Positions 20,088-35,718 of a stretch of 64,000 bases of DNA are shown in pieces; positions within the stretch are counted from its first letter, which is position 1; every line of letters starts with the position of its first letter. Below the pieces are notes generated by a model that did not search any database, was not told the DNA's origin, and was given only the letters and a program-made list of their open reading frames with translations. The stretch is from the human T2T-CHM13v2.0 reference genome, Homo sapiens, in NCBI RefSeq assembly GCF_009914755.1, contig NC_060935.1, one strand, 5' to 3'. Both the position numbers and the translations under genes were made by a program.

Positions 20088-20947
20088 ACCATGACAACAC
20101 ATGGACACAGGAAGGGGAACATCAGACACTGGGGCCTGTTGTGGGGTTGGGGGAGGGGGGAGGGATAGCATTAGGAGATATACCTAATGCTAAATGACGA
20201 GTTAATGGGTGCAGCACACCAACATGGCACATGTATACATATGTAACAAACCTGCATATTGTGCACATGTACCCTAAAACTTAAAGTATAATAATAATAA
20301 AATTAAAAAAAAAAAGAAACCTGTTTAATAAGATCTTATAGTGTGCAGGGTGTAACTTAACTCTTAGCTTTCATGGCTACCTTGCAACTCTTACTGTGAT
20401 TATAATTTGGTAATGGCTGTTTATTGGCACAGTCTGTTTTGTCAGTCTTATGATCTCTATTTTAACCTTAATCATGGGCAGTTGTGCCTAAACTCCAAAA
20501 GGGTGAGGATTATAACGAGGCATGTCGGACCTCCTTTCCCCATCATGGCTAAAAATTCAGTTTTCATGTTTCTCTGGGGTCCCCTTGGCCAAGAGGGGTT
20601 CATCCAGTCAGTTGGAGAGCTTAGAACTTTATTTTTGGTTTACATATGCCATCTAATAGGCTGCAGTGACAAGAAAAATGTCATCACTTCTCTGATACTC
20701 TTGCCAAACATGCGTAATCTGAATTTAATATTATGAAAACATCAGACAAAACCAAATTGAAGGACATTATACAAAACATCTGGCCTATCATCTTCAGAAG
20801 TATGATAGTCATAAAATTCAAAGACTGATGAAGTGTTCCAGATAAAAGGAGATAAAAAGACCTGACAACTAAATACAATGTACATGTGTGTGTGTGTGTT
20901 CATATTTGTATTTATGATATTATTGAGACACTTAAAAAAATTGAATG

Positions 20948-21100
20948 AGGTCTGTGGATTACATGTAGTAATAAATCAATGTTAATTATTGATTTTGTTG
21001 GTAGTATTGTGGATATGTAGGTGAGTTTTTTTTTAAAGTATAACTTACTTACCATAAAATTCACCTTTTTTTTTTACCCTATCATACAACAGTAAAAATT
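20948..21100. repeat. Left arm of a ~152-bp inverted duplication
   Basis: Reverse complement of 25099-25250, about 10 differences by eye. Confidence 0.92.
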
Positions 21101-21544
21101 CACCCTTTTAAAGTGTACAAGTCAGTGGTTTTATGTATGTTCACAGATTGTGGAGCCACTGCCACTATCTAATCCCACAACATTTCATCACCCCAAAGAG
21201 AAATCCATGCCCATTAGCAACCACTCCCTATTACTCCCTCCAACAACCCCTGACAATCACTCTCTTCCTGTATGGATTTGCCCATTCCGGACATTTCATA
21301 TCAATGGAATCATATAATGTGTGGCCTTTTGTGTCTGGTTTCTTTAACTTAGCATGTTTTCACACAGTTCACCCATGCTGTAGCAAGAAGTACTTAATTT
21401 TTTTACCTGAATAATATTCCATTGTATGGATATACCATATTCTTTTATCCACTTGTCAATTAATGGAAATTTGGGTTGTTCCCACGTTTTAAGTATTATG
21501 AATAATGAATAATGTTGCTATGAACTTTTGTGTACATGTTGTGT

Positions 21545-22446
<902 letters not shown>

Positions 22447-22900
22447 TTGTGGATGTATGTTTTCAGTTTTCTTAGACCTATACTTAGGAGTGGAATTGCT
22501 GGGTCATTTAACCTTTTGAGGAACTGCCAGCCTGTTTTTGAAAGTGGCTGCACCATTTAGATTCCCACCAGCAACTTCTCCATATCATTGCCAATACTTG
22601 TTATTGTTCATCTTTTTAGTATAGCCATCTTGTGGGTATGAAGTAGTTTCTCTCATTGTGGCTTTGATTTGCATTTCCTTAATGACTAATGTTGAACATC
22701 TTTTCATGTGCTTATTGACACCATTTGTATATCTTCATAGTAGAAATGTCTATTGATATCCTTTGCCTATTTTTAAAATAGCCATAGTTGTATTTTTCTT
22801 ATTGAGTTGTAAGACTTCTTTCTATATTCTAGATACTAGACTCTGGATACAGATATGATTTGCAAATATTTTCTTCTGTGAGTTTTCTTTTCACTTTCTT

Positions 22901-24029
22901 TTTTTTAACATCAATTAAATTACATTTATTTAAATATCCTCATCAAAACACATCTTATGAAGCATCTTTTCTGTGACACCCTGATCTATGCCAGATCCAC
23001 TCTGTGCTGCTGTTTTCTGACATCAGTTTCTGCCAGTGCCCTCCAGTGAGGAGCCCCCAACTGGGCATTCTGAGGGTGCATGTGTCTCCCTCGAGGCTTC
23101 CTGAAGCAGGGGCACGACACCTCCTCCATGTACCAGGGGGTGAAGGTCTGCAGGGTCAGGGGTTGGGGGGAACCCCTGTATTGTTGCTGCTCCCTGCTGC
23201 TGTCCAGAGTCCTCTGCAAACTGCTGACCCCCTTCCCAAAGTGGCAACAATCTGAGGGTCTGACACCCACAGTGGTGTGTGTGGGACCCCCAAGGTGCCC
23301 GACAGTAACTGATGGTTCCTATACCCATCTGTGGACTTCTGGGCTTCCACTGCATCCCAAATGTTCCTTTGTCAAGATAGTAACGCCACAGGGCTCTCAG
23401 GATGATCTAGGCACTGTTCTTGGAGCCCTATAAGTGAGGCCAGGCCCATGGAGCAGAGCAGCTGCCCAGGTGACAGCCATGATGGGGCCTTTCAAGCCGG
23501 GAAAGGCAGGCAACGGATTCCCCTGAAGTTGACCCCTTGATTTCAGCCTGGTGAGACCCATTCTGGACTTCTGACCTCCACAACTGTCATCAGCTTGTGC
23601 CGTTTTGAGTCACTGCATTTATGGTGACTTGTTACAGCAGCCTTGAGACACTGAGATACCCCCCTGTGCCCCAAGTCTGTGGTGTCACTGCTTCAGCCTG
23701 GCCCTGCTTTTGCTGGGACTGCTGCAGTAGCCTGGTGAGCCTGACTGGATCCTCAGTGGCGGTCAGACTTTTTATCTGAGGACCCCAGGGGTGCTCGCTC
23801 TGTGGTAGTCATGATCTTGGTCCTCAAAGGGACGGACATGTCCATACCTCATGCCTGTCCACACCCTCAGCTCCTCCACCCAGCTCCAGGGAAGCATGAG
23901 TGCCCAGCTCAGGGTTGGGTGCCAGTCCCTTCCTGCCCCTAGCAGGCCCCCTACAGATGCCGAGTTCTAGCATGTGGGACACAGGCAAGCAGGCCCTTGC
24001 CAGGCTTAGAGCACGGATGGCCTGTCCCG
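22901..24029 (-). pseudogene. Retroposed copy of an unidentified polyadenylated transcript (3' end retrocopy or orphan transduction)
   Basis: 15-bp TSD TCTTTTCACTTTCTT (22886-22900, 24030-24044). Minus-strand AATAAA (22925-22930) lies 18 nt from a short A-tail (22901-22906). GC-rich body interrupts a collinear L1M relic. Confidence 0.85.
23528..23660 (+). mobile_element. MLT1 (MaLR) LTR 3' fragment carried inside the retrocopy
   Basis: ccttgatttcagcc..gacttctgacctcca..ttgttacagcagc motif typical of MLT1 3' ends. Confidence 0.7.
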
Positions 24030-25098
24030 TCTTTTCACTTTCTTAGTAGTGTCCTTTGATGCAAAAAAAGTTTTCAGTTCTACTGAAGTACACTTTATCT
24101 GTTTTTTTTTCTTTGGTTGCTTATGTTTTTGGTATCATAGCTAAAAAACTATTGCCTAATCCAAGGTCGTGAAGATTTATATCTGTGTTTTTGTCTAAGA
24201 GTATAGGTCTTACATTTAGGTCTTGGTCCATTTTGAGTTAATTATTTATGTGGTATGAGGTAGGGGTCTGGCTTCATTCTATAGTACTTGGATATCTAAT
24301 TGTCCCAAAACCATTTGTTGAAAAGACTGTTCTTTCCTTATTGAGTTGTCTTAGCACTCTTATTGAAAATCAACTGGTCATAAATGTGTGAGTTTATCAG
24401 CTCTCAATTCTATTCTATTGACTTATATATCTATTCTTATGCTATTACCACATAGCCTTAATTACTGTACATTTGTAGTAAGTCTTGAAATTGGAGAGTG
24501 TGAGTATTCCAAGTTTGTTGTTCTTTATTGTTTTAGCTACTGTGGGTCCATTTTCATATGAATTTTAGGATCAGCTTGTCAGTTTCTGCAAAAAGGTAGA
24601 TGGAACACGTTTTCACCATGTTGGCCAGGCTGCTGTTCTATATCTTCTTACCTAACTTTGAAATAGGGCTTGATGCCATATGGGTCATAGCAGCTAGATG
24701 GCATTCTTACTTTTATTGTTTCTGGATAAAGATCAGTCTTAGTACTAAGGTAAGAGCCAACAGTGATATAGTTGGTTATAGCTTACTAAAAAGAAAAAAA
24801 TCTTTCAATTACTTTAGTGTGTACCATTAACTTCAAGAGAGGTATCAGGAAGTAGAAGTCAGATATGAACTGCTCCACCACTTAAAAGTGTCTCAGGATC
24901 CTTAGGGTGAAGAAGTGACATATACAGTGAAACCTGAAAAATATCCAGAAGTGATTAAGGTAAAGAGGGACTAGGGGAAGAGGAGAAGCTTAAGTAGAGG
25001 AAACAGCACATGCAAAGGTCCTGTGGTAGGAAAGAAACCTGAAGAACTGAAAGCCCAACATTGTTCAAACTTAATTAGTGAGGGAGAGAAGGGATATA

Positions 25099-25250
25099 AA
25101 TTTTTACTGTTGTATGAAGGGGTTAAAAAAAAGGTGAATTTTATGGTATGTAAGTTATAGCTTAAAAAAAAACTCACCTACATATCCACAATACTCCCAA
25201 CAAAATCAATAATTAACATTGATTTATTATTACATGTAATCTGCAGACCT
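25099..25250. repeat. Right arm of a ~152-bp inverted duplication
   Basis: Reverse complement of 20948-21100, followed almost directly by an Alu 3' fragment. Confidence 0.92.
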
Positions 25251-25256
25251 GTTTCA

Positions 25257-25334
25257 AGCTGGGATTGTGCCATTGCACTCCAGCCTGGGTGACAGAGTGA
25301 GACTCCGTCTCAAACAAACAAACAAACAAAAAAA
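25257..25334 (+). mobile_element. Alu 3' fragment with (CAAA)n tail
   Basis: gccattgcactccagcctgggtgacagagtgagactccgtctc + tail. Confidence 0.85.
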
Positions 25335-26175
25335 TTAATGACTAAAAATAGTTAACTTGCACAAATGCTATTATTTTCATAATTCTAATAATTTACCAGA
25401 ATGAATCATTCACTTTACATAAGCTCTCTTCCTACTTCCTAGAATGCCTTTCTCCGCCACCCCATTTCATTTCATTCCTGCCATCACTTTCTTTGGCTTT
25501 TGTGTCTTTTGTTGGAGTCCTTACTCTATATTTAATCATGCTTTCATTCCCTTAACCTCTAATTAGAATGCGAACTCCTTGAAGGCAGTGACTGTGTCTT
25601 AAAATTGTATCCTCAGCTCTTAACACATTACTTGGCACATAGTGGACATTTTATTAAAGAATTAATTAAATGTGTATCTAGTAATAAATAAACTCTAAGA
25701 TTGGTATCTACAACACCTAGCTTAGTGTCTAGCTTGCAGTTTAACACATAATGGCTGTAATTATTATTACTACTATTATTATCATTGCTAATAATAATAA
25801 TAAATGTTATTTCTCAGAGGTATACTTTACTTAGATTAATAAAATTATTTCCCTGGCCATTAATACCTCTTCTTATGTATGTTAGTAGACACTTTATCCA
25901 TTTAAGGTGATATAGGAAGGATGGAAATGCAAAAGAATACTGATAGGACCTATGGACCTGTAGATGATGGACATCATGTTTTTCTGGAGGTACAATATCA
26001 TAGTTTGTAATACCAGATGATATGAGCAGCACAATGACAAGTCTGCCCTCCAGGAATAGTGAGTCAGGTACCCTGCTTAGTATGTACATTAGGACACTTG
26101 GATGATAACCTTGTTTGTTCAAAAACAGTAAACTACACACACATACTCAGAGTAAATTTGATGACAAATATATAA

Positions 26176-26532
<357 letters not shown>

Positions 26533-26634
26533 TAAGAGCTGAAAATCTTAATCATTTTGATGTTTTATTTTGATTTGCATAATAATTGCTGCTCCATGAT
26601 ATTCAAGCCTGTTATCTATCTTTGTTTCTTACAG

Positions 26635-26687
26635 CTATTGGATGAACTCCCAATGATATACAGCTGTTGCATATTTGTGTACTGCAT
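26635..26687 (+). CDS. ACER3: ACER3 coding exon (inferred exon 4), 53 nt, LLDELPMIYSCCIFVYC(M)
   Basis: Acceptor tttgtttcttacAG, donor AT|gtaagt. Contains the conserved ceramidase QLLDELPM motif (Asp92). Phase 0 to phase 2. Confidence 0.97.
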
Positions 26688-27976
26688 GTAAGTACTTTTA
26701 CAATTTCATTGTTTGATTTATTTTTAAATTTATATTTACCTCATAGTGGCTTAATATAACTGATACATTTATATTACTAGGATATTTTAATAATGTAGAA
26801 GATTATAAATTTTATGACATCAATATAGAGTATAATTTCTGGGAAGTTACAATAATGTTGTTTATTAACTTTTGTGATCTCAAAACCCTGTAGCCAATTT
26901 AGATAGGATCTAAATAGCTTAAATTCCATAATTTTCCTTTCCCAAGTGAATAATGTGTACAAATTTAGATAAAGATTTTCATATTGTGCCATAAAAGTTT
27001 TCAGATACAGTTTCTGTATTCTACAATATAGTTTAACAAGACGCTTACCAGAAAAGTGAGGTACACTTCTAGTTGTATAGTGATCGTGTCAACTTAATCT
27101 CCTTTTTGTTTGAAGTTATCTTTTAAATAGATACCTGCTTTCTTATTCTAAGGTAGACTAAATGCTCTCAAGAATATACTTATTTTGATTGGTTATTTAC
27201 AAATATGGAAACAGCTTACAGGCCATTCCCAATCCAAAGTTCTCTTACTGTATTATATTCTGTTTACTTTATTATCAAGTTAATTTGCATTTCCTGAATG
27301 TCAAGGAAAAAATCAATCTTGAAAGATAAAAATGATTATGATAGTAACATTAATAAATGCTAATATTTAACTGCTTTGTACTGTGCTAGGCAGTGTACAA
27401 TGCCATCTCTAATTCTCAACAACTATGCAAGATAAATGGGTATTGGCCCCATTTTATAGACAAGGAAGTAAAGCACAGAGAGATGTAGTAACTTGTCTAT
27501 GGACAAAAACAGAACTTGATTTAAAAGCATACTGGCCAGGCCATTGTCCAGGTAAACAATCTCTAAGGAACACTGAAATATCCCTGGAAATATATCATGA
27601 TGGAGAAAATTACAATGATCACAATTCCTCTCAAGGAGAGGTTGGAAGAACACTTTGATAGGCTGCCTGGGTATGTGGTAGAAGTGTAGAAGTGAGACCC
27701 TTCCTGTACTTCATGATCAAATAATGTGCCTTCTAAGGAGGGTGGGTGAGGTTAGCTATAGGTCTTCTATTTGAGTAAGTTAGGGTATGCAGGTTTGGGC
27801 TCTAGCTAAGTCACTGGGAACATTAGAGGAAAGCCTCCTTCACCCATTACCCTGCAACATCAGCCTTCTCTAAATGTTGGACAAGTATGTTAAGAATATG
27901 TGTTTGGAGGGGCAAAAAAATTACTAGCTTATGTAGGGACCCACATGCCTGAGTCAGGCCCTAGTAACGAGGCTTT

Positions 27977-29527
27977 TGAGGGCAGCAGTAGCCCAGTTAG
28001 AGCAGCCACTGCAAAGATGCTGGCTGCAGCAGGGGAGGCAGTGCTGGTGGGGGCCGGGAACAGGTGGGAACCCCGTCCCCTACTGAGTTGGTGGGGCAGG
28101 AGCCCCACACTCCCGGGCACAGCTGCAGATGCCCAGCCATGGCTCTGGACCTGGGCATCCCTGCACTCTTGGAGTTCCAGGAAACCCCTTGCCCCTGCAG
28201 GCTTGAAAGTGCCTGCTCCCACTGCCTGGCTTCTCTCCGCTCCCAGCTCCCACTCCAGGGCAGAGCAAAGCTGTGGCCGAGCCCGGGTGCTGCCACAACT
28301 TGGCCAGGTGTGCATGTGCTTGGGGTGGTGCTGACATGCCAGCCCCCTGCCACCTCCGCCCCCTCTGGACTTTAGGCACTGACAAGCATGGGAGGGAGGC
28401 CGAGGCGGGGACTGAGGGCAGCTTGGTGTGGGCCTGCAGGCACCCCTCGGCAAGAACAGCCTGGGCACCATGGGCCATACATTGATGGTGGCAGGAGGCA
28501 GACAGGTTCCTGGGCAGAAAGGGACAGTCCCTGGTGAAGCTCCACCTTCAAGCCGGGGACAGCCTGAAGCCTGGGGGCCAGGCTGTCATTTCCGGGTGGA
28601 GTCTGTGGCCCAGAGTGAGAACTTACAGTGCTTTTTCCAAGCCCTCCCATGGCTGCCCATTGATCAATCAGCACTCACTTCCTCCCTCCCGAGCCCATAA
28701 AAACCCCAGACCCAGCCAGACTCACACAGATGACTGGAGGACCTACCTGCGAATAGGAGCTGCCCACTCTGGGTCTCCTCTCCACTGAGAGCTGGACATT
28801 CACTGGGATGACCTGCCTGCAGATAGGAGCCACCCACTTTGGGTCTCCCAAGAGCTGTTCTGTCACTCAATAAAGCTCCTTTCCACCTTGTTCACCCTCC
28901 AGTTGTCCGCATACCTCATTCTTCCTGGATGCAGGACAAGAACTTAGGACTTGCCAAATGGTGGGCTGAAAGAGATGTAACACAAACAGGGCTGAAACAT
29001 ATCCCTCTCCCCAGCTTGCCACATTGCAGGAGATAAGAAGGAGAGAAGAGCTGTGGCCCTTCAGGGAGCCCAGACCTAGGGGCTCCGTGAGCCAGGGCTG
29101 TGACACCCTTTTGGGGGCTTGGTGGTTTCTGGCATCTCCCAGTTTCCAGGCACCACTGCATTCCCCTTGTCCAGATGGGGGTGCCCACAGTGGAAGATGC
29201 TTACGGTGTATCTGATCAAACCGCAGGCTTACATGGAGCCAGTGCCTATGCTGGCTTCTGGAGCTGCCCGCCCTGCTGCAGTAGCCAGTGTGCCTGGCTG
29301 TGCACAGTGGCTAGACCCCAAGCTTGCTCATTAAACACTTCTCACTGCTCCATTCCTGGCTTCCCCTTGGCAGGCATGGGATCCAGGCTGGTAGCATGAG
29401 CCAAGTGCAGCCTGCCAGGCCGAGTGGGCAGAATGAGCCCAGTGGGCCAGAACAAAACTTGGGCAAAGGTGCCACCAGCCACAGAGGTTTCTGGCTAGAA
29501 AAGCAACACCCTAAGGATCCTGAGACA
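27977..29527 (+). mobile_element. MER52-like ERV1 solo LTR (1.55 kb, GC-rich)
   Basis: TG...CA ends with perfect TSD CTTT (27973-27976, 29528-29531). TATA-like ATAAAAA 28697-28703, AATAAA 28869-28874. Confidence 0.88.
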
Positions 29528-29769
29528 CTTTTAAGTGGTGGAGCCACAATTTAAAGCAGTTCATATCTGACTTCTACTTCCTAATACCTCTCTCAAAGTT
29601 AATGGTACACACTAAAGTAATTGAAAGATTTTTTTCTTTTATTTTTAGTTAGCTATAACCAACTATATCACTGTTGGCTCTGACCTTTACTAAAACTGAT
29701 CTTTATCCAGAAACAATAAAAGTAAGAATGCCCATCTAGCTGCTATGACCCATATGGTGTCAAGCCCTA

Positions 29770-30572
<803 letters not shown>

Positions 30573-30742
30573 GTCTAAAAAAATAAGGTAAACTCCTTTT
30601 AATAACATATTTTAAAAACTATTCTGATGTTTATATATCTTTAGGAGAAGATATTCTTGAGCTAGCAATTATGACTATACTGAAAAGAATCAGATAACCA
30701 TCATATAATGGGTACAAAGAACTCTTAAGTATTAGTGCTAGG

Positions 30743-31048
30743 AGCTGGGCATAGTTGCTCACATCTGTAATACCAGCACTTTGGAAGGCCAAGGCAGGAG
30801 TATTACTTGAGCCCAGGAGTTCAAGACCAGCCTGGGCAGTATAGTGAGACCCTGTCACTACAAAAAAATTAAAAAATTAGCTTGCATGATGGTGCACACC
30901 TCTGTCCCAGCTACACAGGAGGCTAAGGCAGAAGGACTGCCTGAGCCCCAGGAGGTTGAGGTTGCAATGAGCCACGATTGTGCTGCTACTGCACTCTACC
31001 TAGGGGACAGAGCAAGACCCTGTCTCAAAAAAAAAAGAAAAAGAAAAA
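30743..31048 (+). mobile_element. Alu (J-like)
   Basis: Forward Alu. Confidence 0.9.
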
Positions 31049-32532
31049 TAGTTTTAGTGCTAGGGAACAGCAGATATTACTTAGAAGGATACTGATAATG
31101 TAGATCAATTTTCAGCTCTGATATTTAGTAACTGAATGAGCTTAAGTAAGTCAACCTTTGTTCCTTCGTTTGTAAAAGTGGAGATTATAGTACTTATAAA
31201 TTTCCCATGAAGATTAAAATAAATGATTTGTTTATAAAATAAACTTATTGTATGCTATTCATGTATCATGCACTGTGATAGGCTCTAGGAACTGGGAAAT
31301 TAAGTAAGAAATAGTCCTTTTACCTCAAGAAATTTGTAGTTTAGTAAAAGAAACAGAATCAGAAACAAGCAGCTTTCATGTGATGTGATTAATACTATAC
31401 CTGAGACATACAAAGTTCAGTGGAGTAGAAAGGGATAGAGCTTGCCATTATATGAAAATGGAGCATGGTGTCCTGTCATAGTGAATTAAACATAAGTTTC
31501 ATCATTGCTACCACCTCAGAGTATAAAAAAGAATATATAAAAAGAGCATGCAAAGCTTTTGTTTCTCAAAAACTATGTCTCTGGATTCTAATCTTTCCTC
31601 AGCAATCTTCTGCAGTATCTGTTTATGATCATATTCCCCCATTCAGAAAGAGCCTGCTGTAGTACACTTTAAGTGACACTTAGAAGGAAATGAAAGGGGT
31701 GAAATAATTTTTAATCCACTGTATTGACACACAGTTTACATGGAATAAAATGCACCCAGTTTAAGTGTATGGTTTGATGAGTTTTGACAAATGTATACTC
31801 CTATTTACCCATTACCCTTATGGCAAGAAAGAGAAACAGAACATTTCTATCACATTAGAACATTCTTTTCTGACCCATTGCAGTTAATACTGACACCTAC
31901 CCTGGCCTCCAGGCCACCACTGATCTACTTTCTATAATTATAGATTAGTTTGTCTGCTCTGGAATTTTATATAAAAGAAATTATACCATATGTACTCTTT
32001 TGTAACTGGATTCTTTTATTCAGTATAATATTTTTTGAGGGCACTAATTTGCCAATTACTTTTGATGAATATATTCATGTATGTTGTTACATATATCATT
32101 AGTAGTATTCCATTTTATACTGTTTACCAATGTTGAACATTAAGGTTATTGCCAGTTTGGGGCTACTATGAATAAAGGGACCATGGACATCTGTTAACAA
32201 GTCTTTGTATGGATATATGACTTCATTTCTCTTGGGTATATACCTAGAAGTGGAATTTCTATGTTGTATGGTAAGTATATGTTTTACTTTATAGGAAACT
32301 GCCAAACTGTTTTTCAATTTAGTTGCACCTTATTATTGTTCTACTGGCAATATATGAAACTTCCATTTGCTCCATATACTTGCCAAGACTTGGTATTATC
32401 AGTCTTTTTTATTTTAGTCATTCTAGTGAGTATGATATACTATCTCTGTGGTGTTTTAATTTGTATTTTCTTAGTGACTAATGATGTGCATCTTTTTTTA
32501 TTCTAATTGTCCATTTGTATGTGTTATATTAA

Positions 32533-32862
<330 letters not shown>

Positions 32863-33669
32863 CCCATTTTTATAAAATAGCTTTTTTTCTTTTTGAATTG
32901 TAAAAATTCTTTATCTATTTTGGGTTCAAGTCCTGTCAGATATTTGTATTTTAAATATTTTTCCAGTCTGTGAATTGTCTTTTCATTTAATGTCTCTTGA
33001 AGAACAGAAGTTTTAAATTGTTATAAAATCCAATTTATTTTTTAAATGTTCATGAATAGTGTTTTTGTGTCATAAGAGATCTTTGCCTTCCCAGGATCAA
33101 AAATATTTTGTTTGTTTATTTTTTCTAGAAGTCTTATAACTTTATTTTACATTTAGGTCCATGATCTATTTTGAGTTAGTTTTGTCAAAGATCATGTTTT
33201 CCTTACCAGTATCTAGTTGTTCCAGAACCATCTTTTGAGATTATTCTTTCTGCATTAAATTATCTTGACTTTTTTCTCAATTCTGTTTTATTGATCACTG
33301 CGTGTATCCTCATACTGTCTAGTTACTGTAGCTTTATTGTAAATCTTGAAGTCAGTTAGAATAAGTCCTTCACTTTTGTTCTTTTTCAGTATAGCTTTGG
33401 AAATTTTAGTTCCTTTGCATTTCCACATAAATTTTAGAGTCAGCTTGTCAATTTTTACAAAATAGCCTGCTGGAAGATTGACTGTAATTTCTTCGACTCT
33501 ATAGACCAGTTTGAGGAAAGTTAATATCTTAACATTACTAAGTCTCCCAAACCATGAATGTGGTTCTTTAATTTATCCAAGTGACTTTTTGTGATTTTAA
33601 GTGAATTGATCTTTGTTAAATTTAGCCCTATGTTTTTCATGGTTAGGATGCTATTTTCAATAGTATTGC

Positions 33670-33962
33670 TTTTTTTTCTTTTTTGACATGGGGTCTGGCT
33701 CTCACCCAGGCTGGAGGGCATTGGCACGATCTTGGCTCACTGCAATCTCCTCATCCCAGGCTCAAGCCATCCTCCTACTTAGCCTCTCAAGTAGCTGGGA
33801 CTACAAGTGCGCTCCACCATGCCCGGCTAATTTTTGAATTTTTGTAGAGACGAGATTTTGCCATGTTGCCCAAGCTGGTCTCGAACTCCTGACCTCAAGC
33901 AATCTTCCTGCCTCAGCCTCCCAAAGTGCTGGAATTACAGGCGTAAGCCACTGCACTTGACC
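33670..33962 (-). mobile_element. Alu (J-like)
   Basis: Reverse Alu, TSD agtattgcttttt. Confidence 0.9.
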
Positions 33963-34086
33963 ACAGTATTGCTTTTTAAAAGCTTTATATTCCAATTGTT
34001 CATAGCCAGCATTTAGAAATATAAGTGATTTTTGTATATTGACCTTTTATCTTATCACTTTGATAACTTATTCATTTTTCTGTTGA

Positions 34087-34434
<348 letters not shown>

Positions 34435-35489
34435 CTCTAATGATTTTTAAATCTGTCTTGCCTTCTGTGTGCTTGTTCATTTGTGAAACATGTACTGGAA
34501 AACCTCCTTTATTTTAGGCATGATCCTAGGCTCTGTAGATACAGAATCAGGAACTCATTGTCTGAGGAAGGGGACAGATAAGAAAGTGACTATATGTAAT
34601 AAAGTGAAATAACCATGGTAATAAATACAAGCCAGGCCTCCTAAAGACCTTTGGTTTCTTAACAGATAACTTGCTTTTGAATTTGGAATAATGGAGTTTA
34701 AAAGTAAAAACTAATATTTCACCTAATATTTTCATCATTGTCCAAGTCACAAAATTTAAAGGTAAAAGAGATCTTAGAAAGTGCCTCTTCTAACCACCTT
34801 TCCTTACAAATAAGAAAATAAGAGTTGGTCCAATTCCCACAGCCAGTTAGTAAACTGAGAGAACACTCTTGCTGCCTATACCAAGTCACAGTCCTCAAAG
34901 GTTGGATTGGATACTCACTGATGGCCAATTGTCTGTTCATATTTGCTTATTTACCGGATACCTCCTATGTGTTCAGCATTATCTTTGTGCTAGTTATATG
35001 AAAAAAATAAAATTTATTCCTGCACACAAGGAATTCACAGGCTAGTTGAGGAGATAGATAAGGGAAGAGACAATTATAATAGACTACTATTTTCTCCAAT
35101 AATATTCCTTAGGAATCATTAGTTGCAAGATATAGAAACCTATTCAAGCTAGCTTGAATTAGGAGAGATTATTTATTTACTGTAAGGATATGAGGAAATT
35201 ATATCCTTATTTATTACATCCTTATTTATTGTAAGGATGTGAGGAAATTATGTGGAACCCAATAGCAGGAAGTACAGCCCCACCTTACTAGAACTGGAAG
35301 GACAGGTTCTTCCCCCTTCCCTCTTTTTGCCATTCCTTCCTCTCCACATGGCTTCGCCTCTTTGTATCTGCTATATTTTTCTCTCCCTGCAGATTACTTC
35401 TGCTCATTCATCTACTTCTTCATTCAATTTGGCTGCCCCCAAATATCAGCCTCAGACCTTGAGTCCGTATGACTTTGACTCTCTATACC

Positions 35490-35718
35490 TCTTTTTTGGA
35501 GACAGGGTCTTGCTCTGTCATCCAGGCTGGACCCTCTATCTCCCAGGCTCAAGCTCTCCTCCCACCTTAGCCTCCCGAGTAGCTGGGACTACAGGTGTAC
35601 ACCACCATGCCCACTAATTATTTTATTTTTTGTGGAGACAGGGTCTCAATTTGTTACCCAGGCTGGTCTCGAAATCCTGCACTCAAGTGATCCTCCTGCA
35701 CTGGCCACCGCGCCCAGC
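35490..35718 (-). mobile_element. Alu (J-like, internal deletions)
   Basis: Reverse Alu, TSD actctctatac. Confidence 0.85.

Noticed and set aside
22986-23433. Five overlapping 64-117 aa ORFs in the retrocopy
   Set aside because: Expected in GC-rich DNA. They occur on both strands, have no recognisable domain and lie next to the poly(A) signal like 3'UTR sequence.
27900-29554. Dense ORF cluster and apparent CpG-island-like promoter of a new gene
   Set aside because: Entirely within the MER52-like LTR bounded by its TSD.
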